The position numbers and the translations under genes are program-made. Positions 1 through 11,823 of a stretch of DNA of 64,000 nucleotides are shown here, in pieces. Origin of the DNA: Fimicolochytrium jonesii (Eukaryota); NCBI RefSeq assembly GCF_025526975.1, contig NW_026515704.1, forward strand, positions 62,001-126,000, given 5' to 3'. The number at the start of each line of letters is the position of its first letter. The stretch's first letter is position 1. The notes under the pieces are model-generated. The model was given only the letters and a program-made list of their open reading frames with translations, had not been told where the DNA came from and ran no database searches.

Positions 1-2390
1 GCTCCGATGCGGCTTACCCCGGCGCTCGCCTAAGCTTCTTGTGGACTTGCACCGCGACCATCGGCGATTGTCCTACTGACATTACGCAGTCGACTGCTGA
101 CCACATCTACGTCAATCCGGGCACATTCAAGGCCGGCTCGACTTACAATATTACCGTCACTGTCTCCGAGACAAACCCGTCTGCCTCGGTCAGCAAGAGC
201 ACGGTTATTACGGTCAGCGACGAGGCAAAGTTTGGATGCTGGTTGTTTTACGACGCTACCAATACTCCTCGTAACGCCATAACCAGGAACTCCGTCGTCG
301 GCTTCTTCGTCAACTGCTTCGGAGTTGAGGCCGCTGAGAAGGCTTCCGCAACCTACACCTGGACCATCGACGACCCCGATGTTAACCTCCAGGCGGCTGG
401 CGTGTTCGCCGCCGGTGGCCAGAACCAGCCCTACATCTACCTCAACCCCGGCATCTTGAGCAGCGGTGGAGACTACAACTTCACCGTGACGGCAACGACC
501 AACACAGGCAAAACGGCTTCGGACAGCGACCAGATCTCTGTTTTGGGTGCTCCGTCCGGTGGACGCACGAACTGCAACCCGAGTTCTGGAACCGCCTTCG
601 TGGACGAGTTCAGTATCTCCGCTCCCGGATGGGTGTCCAGCGCTGGTGATGACTCATCCCTCACCTACCTTTTCGTTATCGTCGATGCTGCTGGTTCCGA
701 GTATCCCTTGGGCACTAGTTCGTCGGTCAGCACCATCCTTACCTCTATCCCGGCTATTGGAGACAACCTCATCGTTCGCGTGTACGTCACAGACGAGTTC
801 GGCTCACAGACCATTAGCAACTTGCCTGGCATCACCGCCGGCCAGATCAGCGACGTCCAGATCGACAATGCCGTGGCCAGTCAGGCTCTCGCTGTCACGG
901 CCGCTTTGGCGAGCGGTGATATCTCGGCGCTTTTGGCTGCAAGTTTCGCGAGCGCTGCTTTGGTTGGTCAGTCCAACGCGGCTGGTTACGCCGACGATGC
1001 CGCGGAAAAGCGAGCGGCAGAAAGGCAGACGGTGGTTGTCGACGCTATGGTTAGTTTCGCTGCGAGCGCCAAGACCGCCGACGCTTGTACTCAAGGTGCC
1101 AAAGCCTTGTTGAGGAACGACATCTCTATTATGTCAACGTAAGTACTTTCACAGTTCACAGTTCTAGTTTCTTCTTCGTCTTGTAAGAGACTTCATACTC
1201 ACCCCACCCCTACGCTCTTATTATTCTATAGTACAGCGCAAGCGAGCGCTCTCGGGGCTTTGGGTACCTTCGCTGCCAACTTGTTGGCCGACACATCTCC
1301 GACCGCTAAGCCGTTGGACCGCGGCGTCGTTGGTTCGACCTGCAACACCCTCGGCAACATCTTCCCTAGGTTTTCCTCCAGCCGCAACACCCTCCGCAGA
1401 CGTGCGGACACCCCCAGCTCCGGCGCGATCACCTACCCACCCAAATTCGGCGCAACGGCTCTCCCCGACGACACCGTACAAACCTCAGCCCTGGCCGCGG
1501 TCCACCAAAGCGGCGCGGCAATGGTTAAAGGCCAAAGCTGTGACACCGCCAGCGTCCCTATCACCGTCTCGGGCGCGACCTCGCTCGCCTCCAATGTGGT
1601 CCCGCTGTTCCTCAACGGCAGCGCCACGGCCATCGGGTACAAGAACGCCCGCGTGATTCACCCGCTCATCGGTCCAGAGGTATCCAACAACGATCAGTCC
1701 AAAATCGACGAGCAGCCCGCGGCATCCCGCTCGTCCTTCCGAGGGTGCATCTCGTCCACCTCCGTCGTTATCCCCTCCCTGCACGGTGCGGTCGCGTCGC
1801 AGAACTACAGCAGTCAGGTTCTTTCCGTTTCCTACGCGCGTCCATCCGAGATCATCTACAACGGCCTGGGCGGCGTCAACATCGACATCTGGATCCCCGA
1901 AGAAACGTCCGCGTACACGTCCCAGACAACCAAACCCGAATGTCGCGTGTGGAATGGAAGTGCGTTCAGTGCGGCGGGATGCAAGACGCTCGAGAGCACG
2001 GTCGAGACGGTGGTAGCGACCGGCCAGGAGGTCAACCTCGTCCACTGCAACTGCGCGTTCAGGCCCCCGGGTGCTTTGCGCCGTCGGGCATTCTCGGACG
2101 CTACGGCCAACGGGTTCACCAGCGCCGACTTTGCGATTAGCCGGGTTGCAGCCGACGTTATCGCGCCTCCCGGCGGTACCACCACTGTCACAACTTCCAC
2201 CGGCGAACCCACGAGTACGCCTACGGGTCCCCCTGGCGGCCCGGGCACTGGTAGCAGCTCCAAGTTGTCCGGCGGTGCGATTGCGGGTATCGCGGTCGGT
2301 TCCGTTGTCGGAGCGGCGGTTATTGCGGTCGCTGGTGTGTTGATCGTCAGAGCCCGCCGACCTCGTCAACCGCAAGTCACCGCAGTTTAA
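1..2390 (+). CDS. REJ/PKD-like domain + GPS(GAIN)-like motif single-pass membrane protein, 5' end outside window; intron 1139..1231
   Basis: ORFs 39..1142 and 1260..2390 join in frame through GTAAGT(1139)..TAG(1231). REJ-like segment APSGG...NPSSGTAFVDEFSISAPGW...LTYLF; GPS-like C-x2-W...GC...CNC...DFAI; hydrophobic helix GAIAGIAVGSVVGAAVIAVAGVLIV followed by RARR. Confidence 0.7.
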
Positions 2391-3140
2391 GAAAAGGAGA
2401 TATCGACAAGCAGAAGATGATAGAACACACATACGACATCCTTCTACCTTCGACATACTTTTCGATCATACCAACAACGTATAGTAATGTTTTCTAATGT
2501 GCACACAACAACCTCAGCATATTGCGAAGCGGCGAGGTCTATAGGGAGCCTCGACCGCTTTGGCACTGGGGCGTAAATCAACGGGGGAAATGGGGAGAGA
2601 GGTGTTGTTTTTGTTGAGCAAAACTTTGGTATAAGGACCGAAAGAAAACTATAATATGATACCCTAAAACTATATGTTGTGCATATGTTGCGATCCATCC
2701 CCCTGGGACCATCTATTCTGGCGGACTTTACATCCGTCGGATGGGTTTGTTTATACCTCGACGCTGTACCTAGAACCTCTCACATCTTATGGAGCGCACA
2801 CCATATACAATCTTGGTAGGGCTCTGGCCTGGGGACACCACCGGTGGACATCACGAAGTGGTGTCGAAACCTGAATTGGGAAACGCGAACTCAAATGCGA
2901 AATAGATGAATGATATTAATACAAAAGGCTCTATGTAAAGCAACACGCCGTGTCTCGAGATATGCAGAGTTCTAATCGGCACAACATTGTGAGGGATGAT
3001 ATATGCTCTATGGAAAGGTGTATGTATAGCTACGAGCATACGCCGTTCTATCGACGAGTCTAAACGGGACGGGACCGCAGAGGTTACTCCGCTCGACCGG
3101 CTTCAACGGGCGACGCCGATGTTTTCTAAACGGTGGGCGT

Positions 3141-5613
3141 TTAGAACATGAGGCTGGCGACAAGGGCGGAGACACCGGCAACAGCGGCAACCGAGGCACG
3201 GACGGCACCGGCGGCGCTGGCGGTGTTGACGCGCGAGTCACGGTTCTTGACGGGCGTCTGGGGAGTAGGCACGGTGTCGGCGTCAGTCCACTTTGGCGGT
3301 GTGTTGGGGTTGGTAGCCCTGATGTTGACGAGACCAGAGCGCTCGACAACGGCACCCTTGTTGTCCGTCGCAAAGAGCATCCAGTTACCGGGGGGCGCGA
3401 TGCTAGGGGTGGCGGGAAGCTGGACAAGGAGCTTTTGCTTGCCGTACTTCAGGATCTGCAGCTCAATGTGACGCTGGTCGAGGTTGACGGTGTGTGTCAT
3501 CGAGGCCTGGCGAATGATGCTGACGGAAACGATGGTCTCGGCGATCGCGTCAACGAAGGGAACCTCGATCTGTTGACCGTATGTCGCTTGGGCAGTAGGG
3601 AAAGGCAGGACAAGCTTGGGGGGGTTGGCAATGAACTTGTATGGCGGGTAGTAGATGTCTGCAAAGAAACATGGAGATGCGGTAAGTGAGAAACGGCAAT
3701 GACTTTGGAGTTTGACGGATGTAGCGTAAACGAACACCTACCCAAAGACATGTCATCGGGACGGTTGTTGGCAAAGTCGTCTCCGTTCTGCGCATCACCT
3801 CCTCCAGTGACGACGGTACCGTCAGAACGAAGCAAAGCAATGTTGTGGTAGTGACGACCAGTGGGAGCGGCAGCGCCAACCTTCCATCGGTTGGTGGGGT
3901 CCGAGGGCGGGTAGGTCGGGTCAAAGATGACGACCTCTTTGACACCCTTGCTAGCCTGGGGCTGACCGTACACACCACCTTGGTGTCCAAGTCCAGAGCC
4001 GGAGACGATGGCGACGGTTCCATCGGGCAAGTTGACGGCGGCGGGCTGCGAACGGGCAATGGGCATGTCTTCCTGGGTAAATTGAACATTTGTGGTCAAG
4101 GTAGCACCCTTGTCTTCCAATGTGGTCCAGTGGCAAACTTTGACGGGAGTGCAGTTGGGGCAGTTGGACCAGGCGTCCTTGCCGTTGTTGGCACGGGGAG
4201 TCGGATTGCCATCGGCGGCGGTGCCGTTGACACCACCGCAAATCCAGGACTCCATGCGGTAGTTGTCGCGGTAGGACATCATGGGGACAAAGTTGGTACC
4301 TGCGAATGGGAAAGACAGGGGAAGCTGACCGTTGGCCTTCGTCAAGTCCAAGGCGGCGTGAGGCGTTTCGAGGCCGGTGTCGGGGTCAACGATGGCGGAT
4401 TCGGAGTGTGCGAAAACCCAGACCTTGCCGGAGCTGGGCAGCACGTATGCGATGGGGTACATGTTGATGGGGAAGTACTTTCCGAGGAGTGCGATGGGCT
4501 TGGAAGGTCCCATCGGACCGCTGATAGGACTCCACTTCTCGAACGTGGGAGAGTCTGCAAGGGTATCGGTGGCGTTGAAGAAGTAGTGCTGACCTCCAAT
4601 CAACATGATTTCCTCGTTTGGCAGCGCAAGCAGAGAAGGGTACCAACGACCCCAGTATGTGTAGGATGATCCCCCAACAGCGTTGGGTTGCATGTCTGGA
4701 GGACGGTACATGGAGGCGACATAGGTCAGTTCCGGTTCGGTTTTTGCCGCAGTCGACGGGTTGAATACACGAATGTCCGAGCGTCCGTTGGAAGTGTAGC
4801 TCTTGTTGTTGAATTGCTTGTACCAGAATTCGTCACCTGGGTGGATGTGAGTGGATCGCAATTGTTAGTTAGTAAATCAAACATTGCGCCTCCGGTTCGC
4901 TCGGGTTCCCATCGCAATCAAGTCGCTCCCTCTCTCAAGACCTACCTCCAGCAACGAGATAAGATCCATTTGCCAGCTGAGCGTGCCCAGAGCAGAAAGC
5001 ATAACCGTGCAATTGGCCGAATTTGTCGTCCTCAAAGTTGCGGTTGATGTATTTGGGTTGGAGCGTCGTAAAGTCGAATTCCGCGGCATCGGTGAACCAG
5101 GGTTGTCCGACAAAGTTGGGGTTTCCGTTGAACCACTGGTTAAGAGGGGCGGACTGCATACGCGCAATTTGGTCGCCAGTCCATCCGGACGCCGGGGCGG
5201 TGTCGAACATGTGGAGACGTTCACTACAAGGAAAACCAAATCAGCATTCCCTGAATTATCACTGGTGACTTTGAGAGAATGTTGTGTGTACGAACCCCAT
5301 GTACATCTTATCGTCATAGTGGTACAAGGCATGGATTGGAACTACACCAGCGTTTGGTGTCCTGTATGTGGTCAAGCATTTAGAATTTGCGTGGGAAAAT
5401 GGGGGATGAATGGGTCGTCCTCGCCCTCCGTCCTCTCTCTCGGATCGTATCCGCTCTGGCAACGAGAGAGGTAACAAGAAACAAGTTGAACCAGGTGAAT
5501 ACGTACAGGGTCTTCCATTTTCCGGCGAGGATAGGGTCGGCGGGGGCAGCGGCCTGCTGGGCGGCGACGGTGGACCCCAGGACAAGCGCAGCGGAACACA
5601 CGGCGAGGAGCAT
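3141..5613 (-). CDS. Secreted, probably GPI-anchored copper radical oxidase (glyoxal/galactose oxidase family, CAZy AA5), multi-exon
   Basis: Signal peptide MLLAVCSAALVLG; motifs FCSG (Cys), RWYPS, MYP (Tyr), RHYHN (Tyr-His), THTVNLDQR (His, C-terminal domain); hydrophobic C-terminal tail. First intron 5506..5362 restores frame. Confidence 0.9.
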
Positions 5614-6263
5614 GTTGGCGTGAGGGTTGGTGAGAGTAGGTCAAGGGGTTCTGCTCTGCTCTGTTCTGCTCTCGGCTGCCAATGGGCCGTGGGGAAACCA
5701 GGGGAGTTTATGAACGAAAAACGCCTGCGGTGGCAAAATGCGATTCCCCAGCTTGGCCGCTTGGCTGTTCCACCCGATCTCCTGTCTCTCTCTCTCCTTT
5801 TGCAGCCTCTTTTGCGGCTCCCTCACAGCCCACCCAATGCCGCCCATCTCGCGCAAAGCAGCGACCGAGGAGGAGCCTTGTGAATTCACCGGGTGGGTGC
5901 CACGAGAAAAACACATGGCTACTGATAAAAACGCGAAAACTTGTTGCTGTATTCCTGTCCAGCCACAACTGGCATCCGATTGACAGCAGCGCGCCACGTC
6001 ACCCCTGTCGAACCATTGATGCGCCCCTGTCGAAACAGTAAGGTCACCTTGCTTTCCTATCGCGCTGATTCCACAGGGATTTGCGAGAGCAATGGGTATG
6101 TCACATCGGTAGAATTTCTACGACACCGATATCTTAGATCCTCCAACAACAAATTCCTGGCATCGGTCTGCGTGTGTGTTCTCGCACATTGCACATTGGA
6201 TCTATCGGCGTCCGTGCCCGCGTGTGGGTATTACAGAACCTGCGTGTTGCGAATGCCTCTTCA

Positions 6264-7095
6264 CTAGCGGTATGTTTCCCCACAACGCGTGCGTTCGAAC
6301 GCATAGGGGTCGACGTTGTCTGGCTTTGTTATGAATCCGCATGTCATGCATTCCGCTGAATGGTTCCGAAGCAGCGAACACGATCGCAATGTATCATTCT
6401 GCTTCTGCGGTCCAAGTTTCATCGTTCCGGCGCAGATGGCCCGTTTGCCTAGCTCCTCCGTGGTTGGACTGGTAGTCTCATGCAGAAACGCATCAAGTAA
6501 CATGTCTTTCTTCATGAATTCGGCTTGATGGATGATCTCATCCTGGCCCATTTGAATGGCCGTTGACCCGTCGTAAGTACTTACGCGGCCCCCCTTGTCA
6601 AAAAGTGAAAGACATTAGGGGAAGACGATGATTATTTGACGTATGCAAGAGTATCACATCGATTGCGCAATGTGGGCGTAGATCCCGGGCTGTGACATGC
6701 CGGTCGTTACTTTCGCCAGTTTGCGCAATAGGCTGATATCGAGCGTTACGTCCTTGAACATGCCGATGCACAGCGATCTCGCAGCGGCGTTTTTGAGAAG
6801 GCGGTTACGATGCGACTCATAAATGCGGGAGGAAGCAAAGACAGGATACCGCGTCAATGCCGGCTACACACGCCTGGCTTTCTTTCAGAGTGTCCACTTC
6901 TTGCTGAAATTGGTGTACAGTAGAGACCCTCGTGTCCATGAAATGTTTGGTGTATGCTCCCGGGCGGAGGCAATTCTCGTTCCCAAGGCATTGGATTGAC
7001 CTGTAGAATGGGCATGGAGGGTGGAAAGTCTTGTATACTTCACCGTGACCCGTTGGTTCACGGGCGAGTTCTCGTTCCTGTGTTTCGCTTTCCAA
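6264..7095 (-). CDS. Possible hypothetical protein or decayed gene (several exon-like ORF pieces)
   Basis: Consecutive protein-like minus-strand ORFs 6817..7095, 6654..6857 and 6264..6551; no recognisable motif. Confidence 0.25.
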
Positions 7096-7395
7096 AGTGG
7101 AGAGCTTCGAGTCAATGAGGGTGAATCGCTCGGTAGACTACCGTCCTGTGTCCCTGCCTCAGATTGTTTTTGGACATATTCGTGAAGTTTGGATTGGTGC
7201 GCCTGGGAAGACAGGTATGCCCACTGGGAATCGCGGAACGTCGCACGTCGGAGTCGGAAAAGCACAGAAATGCACACGCCCACCTTTAATTCGATGAATA
7301 TGAGCTCGCTCTACTACGATTTCACTCGATGGAGAACTACGCTACCTACGCAACATCGCTGAAAGGGATCTAGAACTACATTGGCCGTCTATGAA

Positions 7396-8735
7396 CTAAG
7401 GACTTGGTTCATCTGGGTTATATTTCCGAAACAGCTCCGCCACGGGTGCTTTTCCAGGTCTCATGGCTTCCTCGCCGAGATGGCGTAGCATTTGCGCTTT
7501 CTCAGACTCGTATCTACGGTGCAGAAAGTTGACGGCAAATGGATGTGCGAGCTGGACAGCTACCATCAGCGCCGCGAAGGAGACTTCCGCGCCGATAGTC
7601 AGCAATAGAGTGTTGAACAAGGACGGGTCTGCTAGTATATCCTGTTCGTAGACGTTCCCCAAAACGTTCCCCAATCCCAACTTGATCGCGAACAGTGCTA
7701 AATCTCCAGCCGACCCCGCTACGTCGCCCAGTTTCTTAGCGTACTTGTTGAGATAAGAGGCTAGATAAAGTCCGGAATGGGCGGCAAGCCCCGCGAGTTG
7801 ATGCTCCCATGACTTCTTGGGTGTACTGGCTATCATGCTTGCGTGACAGACTCCCGCCGCTCCGAAATCATATTTCTCGCACCCTCCTGCACCCGCTGCG
7901 CTGCTCGAGTCAGCCTATTGGCCCGCGAGCGGTGGAGGCTAAAGAGCCGCTCTTCATGTACCGGACTGAAGGGAGTCAGCATCCAGTCCTTCAGTAGGGT
8001 AGAATCCCGGTCTGCGAGATCACGGCAGATGTATGCCATGGCAGTCCGGCACAGATTCTGGCGAGCGCGGGCTAGATCTTGCTCTGGCAATAACTTCCCC
8101 GGCCATAAATCGTACCAAGATCTGCGATACACCTGTTCCAATGTCTCGAAGACTTGCGAAACTGGGAATTGCTCTTCCACTATGAGACGTAGGAGAACGT
8201 GTTTGTCGATGTGGAAATTGTGCACGGCGTTGCGCAGGCGTGAATGCAGAAAATGCTGTCGGTGCCAATCGGAAATGACACGCAATCTGGGTAACAATTC
8301 TGCATCACCCGGCGGATAATACGCACGCAGAATATTCCTCTCCAACCGACTCTTCGCGCCCGGTATCCTCATCAACCGGCGATGGTAGGTCGACAACGCT
8401 CCGATCGTCGACGGCAGCACGCCTCCTATCAGAAAGATCTCCAGCCAGATCTCCGCGGGGAGCAGCTCGGTTGGTTTCAGGCGTTTGGCTTTGGGTGGTG
8501 CTGTTTCGTCGTCGTGGTCGGTTTCCGTATCTGAGATTGAGCGTTTGCGCTTCTTGACTCCACCGGCACTGATGGCATTGTCGTTGCTGTTGGCGAGATC
8601 GGTATTTTGGGTATCGGCGCTAGTAATCATAGCGGTTTCGTGTTCGGTGCGAGGCATGTTTTCGTCGAATGGGATCAGATTCATGTCGAATCGTGCACGG
8701 ACAGTACACGCGGAGTTCCCGGGCACCACCGCCAT
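7396..8735 (-). CDS. F-box-like protein with degenerate ankyrin-like C-terminus; two exons, intron 7830..7882
   Basis: LLPAEIWLEIF F-box-like motif after basic NLS-like stretches (KKRKR, PPKAKRLK). A 53-nt GTGCGA..ATAG intron joins ORF 7833..8735 to ORF 7396..7836 in frame. ALMVAVQLAHPFAVNFL resembles an ankyrin repeat. Confidence 0.55.
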
Positions 8736-9879
8736 TTTATCTTGTCGCTGCCTCCTCTTTGGCCGCCTTCCGGTTCCAAAGAGTGGCCTTATTTGGTGGG
8801 TACGTAGTGAAAGCCACGTTTATACCATTTTCAGCAACTGCAGGTTCCAACGCGTAAGGATTGAACGCGTAGGATTGTACCGTACAGTAATGTGCTGTCG
8901 GACAACTGTACTTTTCGCAGCCAGACAACAATGCACGATAGATATGTGATGTACAGCAAAGGTGGGACATGGTGTCTCTTCTGCCCCTATAAAGTTCCAG
9001 CATTGACTGGCCGGGCTGCCAATACTGGATTCCAAGCTCAAAACCGGACATGCAAGCGAGCACCGGGTCCCTCGTCGCAAACCGTAAAGCATGTTTTTCT
9101 CCCTTCACTTCAAAAATCGTGTTTTCTAGGAAATGGGGAGACCCCAAACCCAACACCAGTCAAAAATTAGCCTCCCACCCGCCCTTGTGGGGCGGGTGAA
9201 CCAAGCCCCATCGAACGGTTGTGCGATGCCGATGGGCCTCAGTCCGGCCCTGAGGTTTATGAGCACTCGGAGCCGTGAGCGTGTAAGTATGACTTTCAAC
9301 GGGGAAGCGCGGGGGCCTTGGATCTTTTATGGACGAAGTGGGGAAGCTTGGGAAATCCGTGGAACTGGATGGGCGACGAGCGGCGAACAATTAGTGGGGA
9401 AGTCACAGTCCCTCGCGAGCCCTCCGCGCTCCAAATCTTCACAAAGTAGGGCAAGCGCCCAAGTGTGATGTTACTCTAGGCGCCGCTTGCGGAGGCCGCC
9501 TTTGGTCAGCAGATGCATATCGATACACTGGATGATCGTGTGGTCTGGAGACCAGGTGGACAAGCGGAGTGGAACTAGATTGTTTCACGACAAACGGCCC
9601 TCTCCACACTTGGCGAGATTTGCACTCTTCTATTTTCATGAAACCCCGAAAAGGGGTGAATATGGTCGCGGGTACGTTACTTCCTGCACATCTCGGTACA
9701 AAGACAGATGTCAGGATCGATGGCGCTCTGTGGAGGTAGGCAGCCTCCCGAACTCTACACCCGTACAATCTTGGCGGCTACGAAAGGGTCGTATCGTCCA
9801 CACATCAACCGCCAACACTTAACGCCACGGATAACATTACGATAGTGTTCGACGGCGCCGCTCTGAGTAGTCGCGGCTA

Positions 9880-10575
9880 GTGGTGAGACCTCAAGCTTGG
9901 GTCGGCGGGTTGGCAGTACAACACTCGACACTTCCGCCCACAACGATCTTCACTGCTTCCGAATCGCCTCCACTGATTCGATTGGAAAAACTGCTCTGCA
10001 AAATCATGCGCCGACGAGGTTCCCGCTACGGCCTCCCACCGACCAACCGCTCCCTAAAATACGCCCTCGTGCCCTTCCAAGACCTCAAAGGCTGCATAGG
10101 CGAGATCAACCTCCCCGACAGCCCGGTCGCCCTGTCGCTCAAGAAACAGGCCCGCTGGAAATGGGCGGACAACTGCCAACCCGACCCTGCTTGGCTGCTT
10201 GACAGAGACCGTCTCCTCTGGTACAAGGCGTACACTGTTTTCAATACCCGCGTCGTTGATTACCCGAAGACCATCAAAGCGGAGTTGCGTCGGAGCGGGG
10301 ACAAACTGATTTGTGTCGAGTGTGTCGGTCAGGCGCGCAATGCTCCCAAACGTCGACAGTCCACCGACGTGAAGGAGATTACTTGTGATAAGCGTCATGA
10401 GGCATACTCTGCGAATCAATGCTGTGGGTGCACGCTATGTTCATTCAAACCTCGTAACAAGGCGCTCAAGAAGGTGAAGGGACGGCGGAAACATAGCAGG
10501 CAGGCATTGGCGGACGAAATGCTTCTGTACGATGGCATTTTGTACGATGAAGCAGTGGGTTTCCCGTCGATGTAA
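9880..10575 (+). CDS. Intronless basic, Cys-containing hypothetical protein
   Basis: 231-codon ORF with protein-like composition, CVEC and CCGCTLC clusters and a basic C-terminus; true start uncertain (first ATG at about 10006). Confidence 0.4.
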   Translation: MVRPQAWVGGLAVQHSTLPPTTIFTASESPPLIRLEKLLCKIMRRRGSRYGLPPTNRSLKYALVPFQDLKGCIGEINLPDSPVALSLKKQARWKWADNCQPDPAWLLDRDRLLWYKAYTVFNTRVVDYPKTIKAELRRSGDKLICVECVGQARNAPKRRQSTDVKEITCDKRHEAYSANQCCGCTLCSFKPRNKALKKVKGRRKHSRQALADEMLLYDGILYDEAVGFPSM

Positions 10576-11376
10576 TAGTGGGGCGTTTTTGGTCGAAATC
10601 CGAAAGATCTGGCTTTGCTTTTATTCAAAATCGCCCAAATGTATAAGCCTGAACAGGATTCGCCGCACAAGACGGAAAAGGAAAGACGCTGGCTGCCTTT
10701 GTGCGCAGTCCAGTCTGCTTCCGTCGGACGAAAACATAACGACAGCGAAATCAGTTCCGAGTCTGCGCGGCAAAATTCAAGCTAGTCAATCAGCGTTCGT
10801 TACCCGATGGCGGCTCACTTGTCGTTGTAGTGGGTTTTCAAATCTTTGCACCATGCAGTCAATGCCGAATCTGCTGTTTCCCGTCATGAGGTGCTGCCGC
10901 TGTCAACGGGATCGTGAACCGGGCTAAAAAGCATCGGAACGGTCTTCCGCATACGGACTCTCATGCACCCTGGCCGTCGGCTACTGTCAGCTAGCGCTTG
11001 TCGCATCGTTCTGACTGATTTACAAGCGCATGCGCGTCGTGTCGGATATGGCGTGTCGCACCCCGCATCTTAGCTCTCGAGAGGCGTGATGCAAGCTTGG
11101 CTATTCCCACGCCCAGGCCCATGATCTGGCTCCTAGCCTTTCACAGCCGAGAGTCATTTGGCCCATTCAGCACAAGCGCCTCAGTAGTCATAGCCATGTC
11201 TGTATGGCTTTCACCGGTCCGATTTCGGTACATGAGAATCCGCTGATGGGCTCTCGTATTGTCAGAATCTAGCCGGTGATAGCGCGTCGTCGAGTGGTCG
11301 GGTCGGCGAGCCGGCTTCAATAGCGACGCGAATCCCCCATCGCACTCCAGGCTGATTGAACCACGCTCTGGCTAGC

Positions 11377-11823
11377 TCAGCCGCGCCCTTTTTGTCGCTT
11401 CGAGCCACGGTGGGTTGAGCCGAACCCCTCGGCCTCCAACAAATCCTTCGCACAGTTGTTGATACATTTGAACCTCGCAGCGCCCAATTTCACACCACCG
11501 TACCATCTCGTCACAACTACCATCGCATTCTTCACCTCTAGCGCTTTCATCAGATGCAGCAGCCGGGCACCCGCCGCCGTCTCCCCGTCATCATCACACC
11601 CTTCTTTGATGTTCCCGTCGGCTTCCACGACGCGATAAGCGGAGCTGTTGTGTGTGGCGCGTCTGATGCGCTTGTTCGTTAGCAGGGCTCCGAGTATTAG
11701 TGAGACTTGCGAAGGCTGCGTGATGCGGGCGACGTGGGCGACAAAGACGCTTTTGCGGTCAACGAGCGGGGTGGCGGAGTGAATGATCGACGGGCAGTTT
11801 GGGGGAAGGGTCATCGAGAACAT
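11377..11823 (-). CDS. IMPACT/YIH1-family (UPF0029) domain protein
   Basis: Motifs DRKSVFVAH, ATHN-x2-AYR, DDDGETAAGARLLHL, VVVTRWYGGVKLG-x2-RFKCI. Start uncertain; upstream exons possible. Confidence 0.9.
   Translation of the reverse strand: MFSMTLPPNCPSIIHSATPLVDRKSVFVAHVARITQPSQVSLILGALLTNKRIRRATHNSSAYRVVEADGNIKEGCDDDGETAAGARLLHLMKALEVKNAMVVVTRWYGGVKLGAARFKCINNCAKDLLEAEGFGSTHRGSKRQKGRG

Noticed and set aside
7396..9156. Operon-like coupling of three minus-strand ORFs (ATGA overlap at 7833-7836; TAA-A-ATG at 8733-8739), suggesting a bacterial or viral insert
   Set aside because: A 53-nt GT-AG intron (7830..7882) joins the two main ORFs in frame, so the overlap is better explained as an intron artefact; the third ORF lacks independent support.
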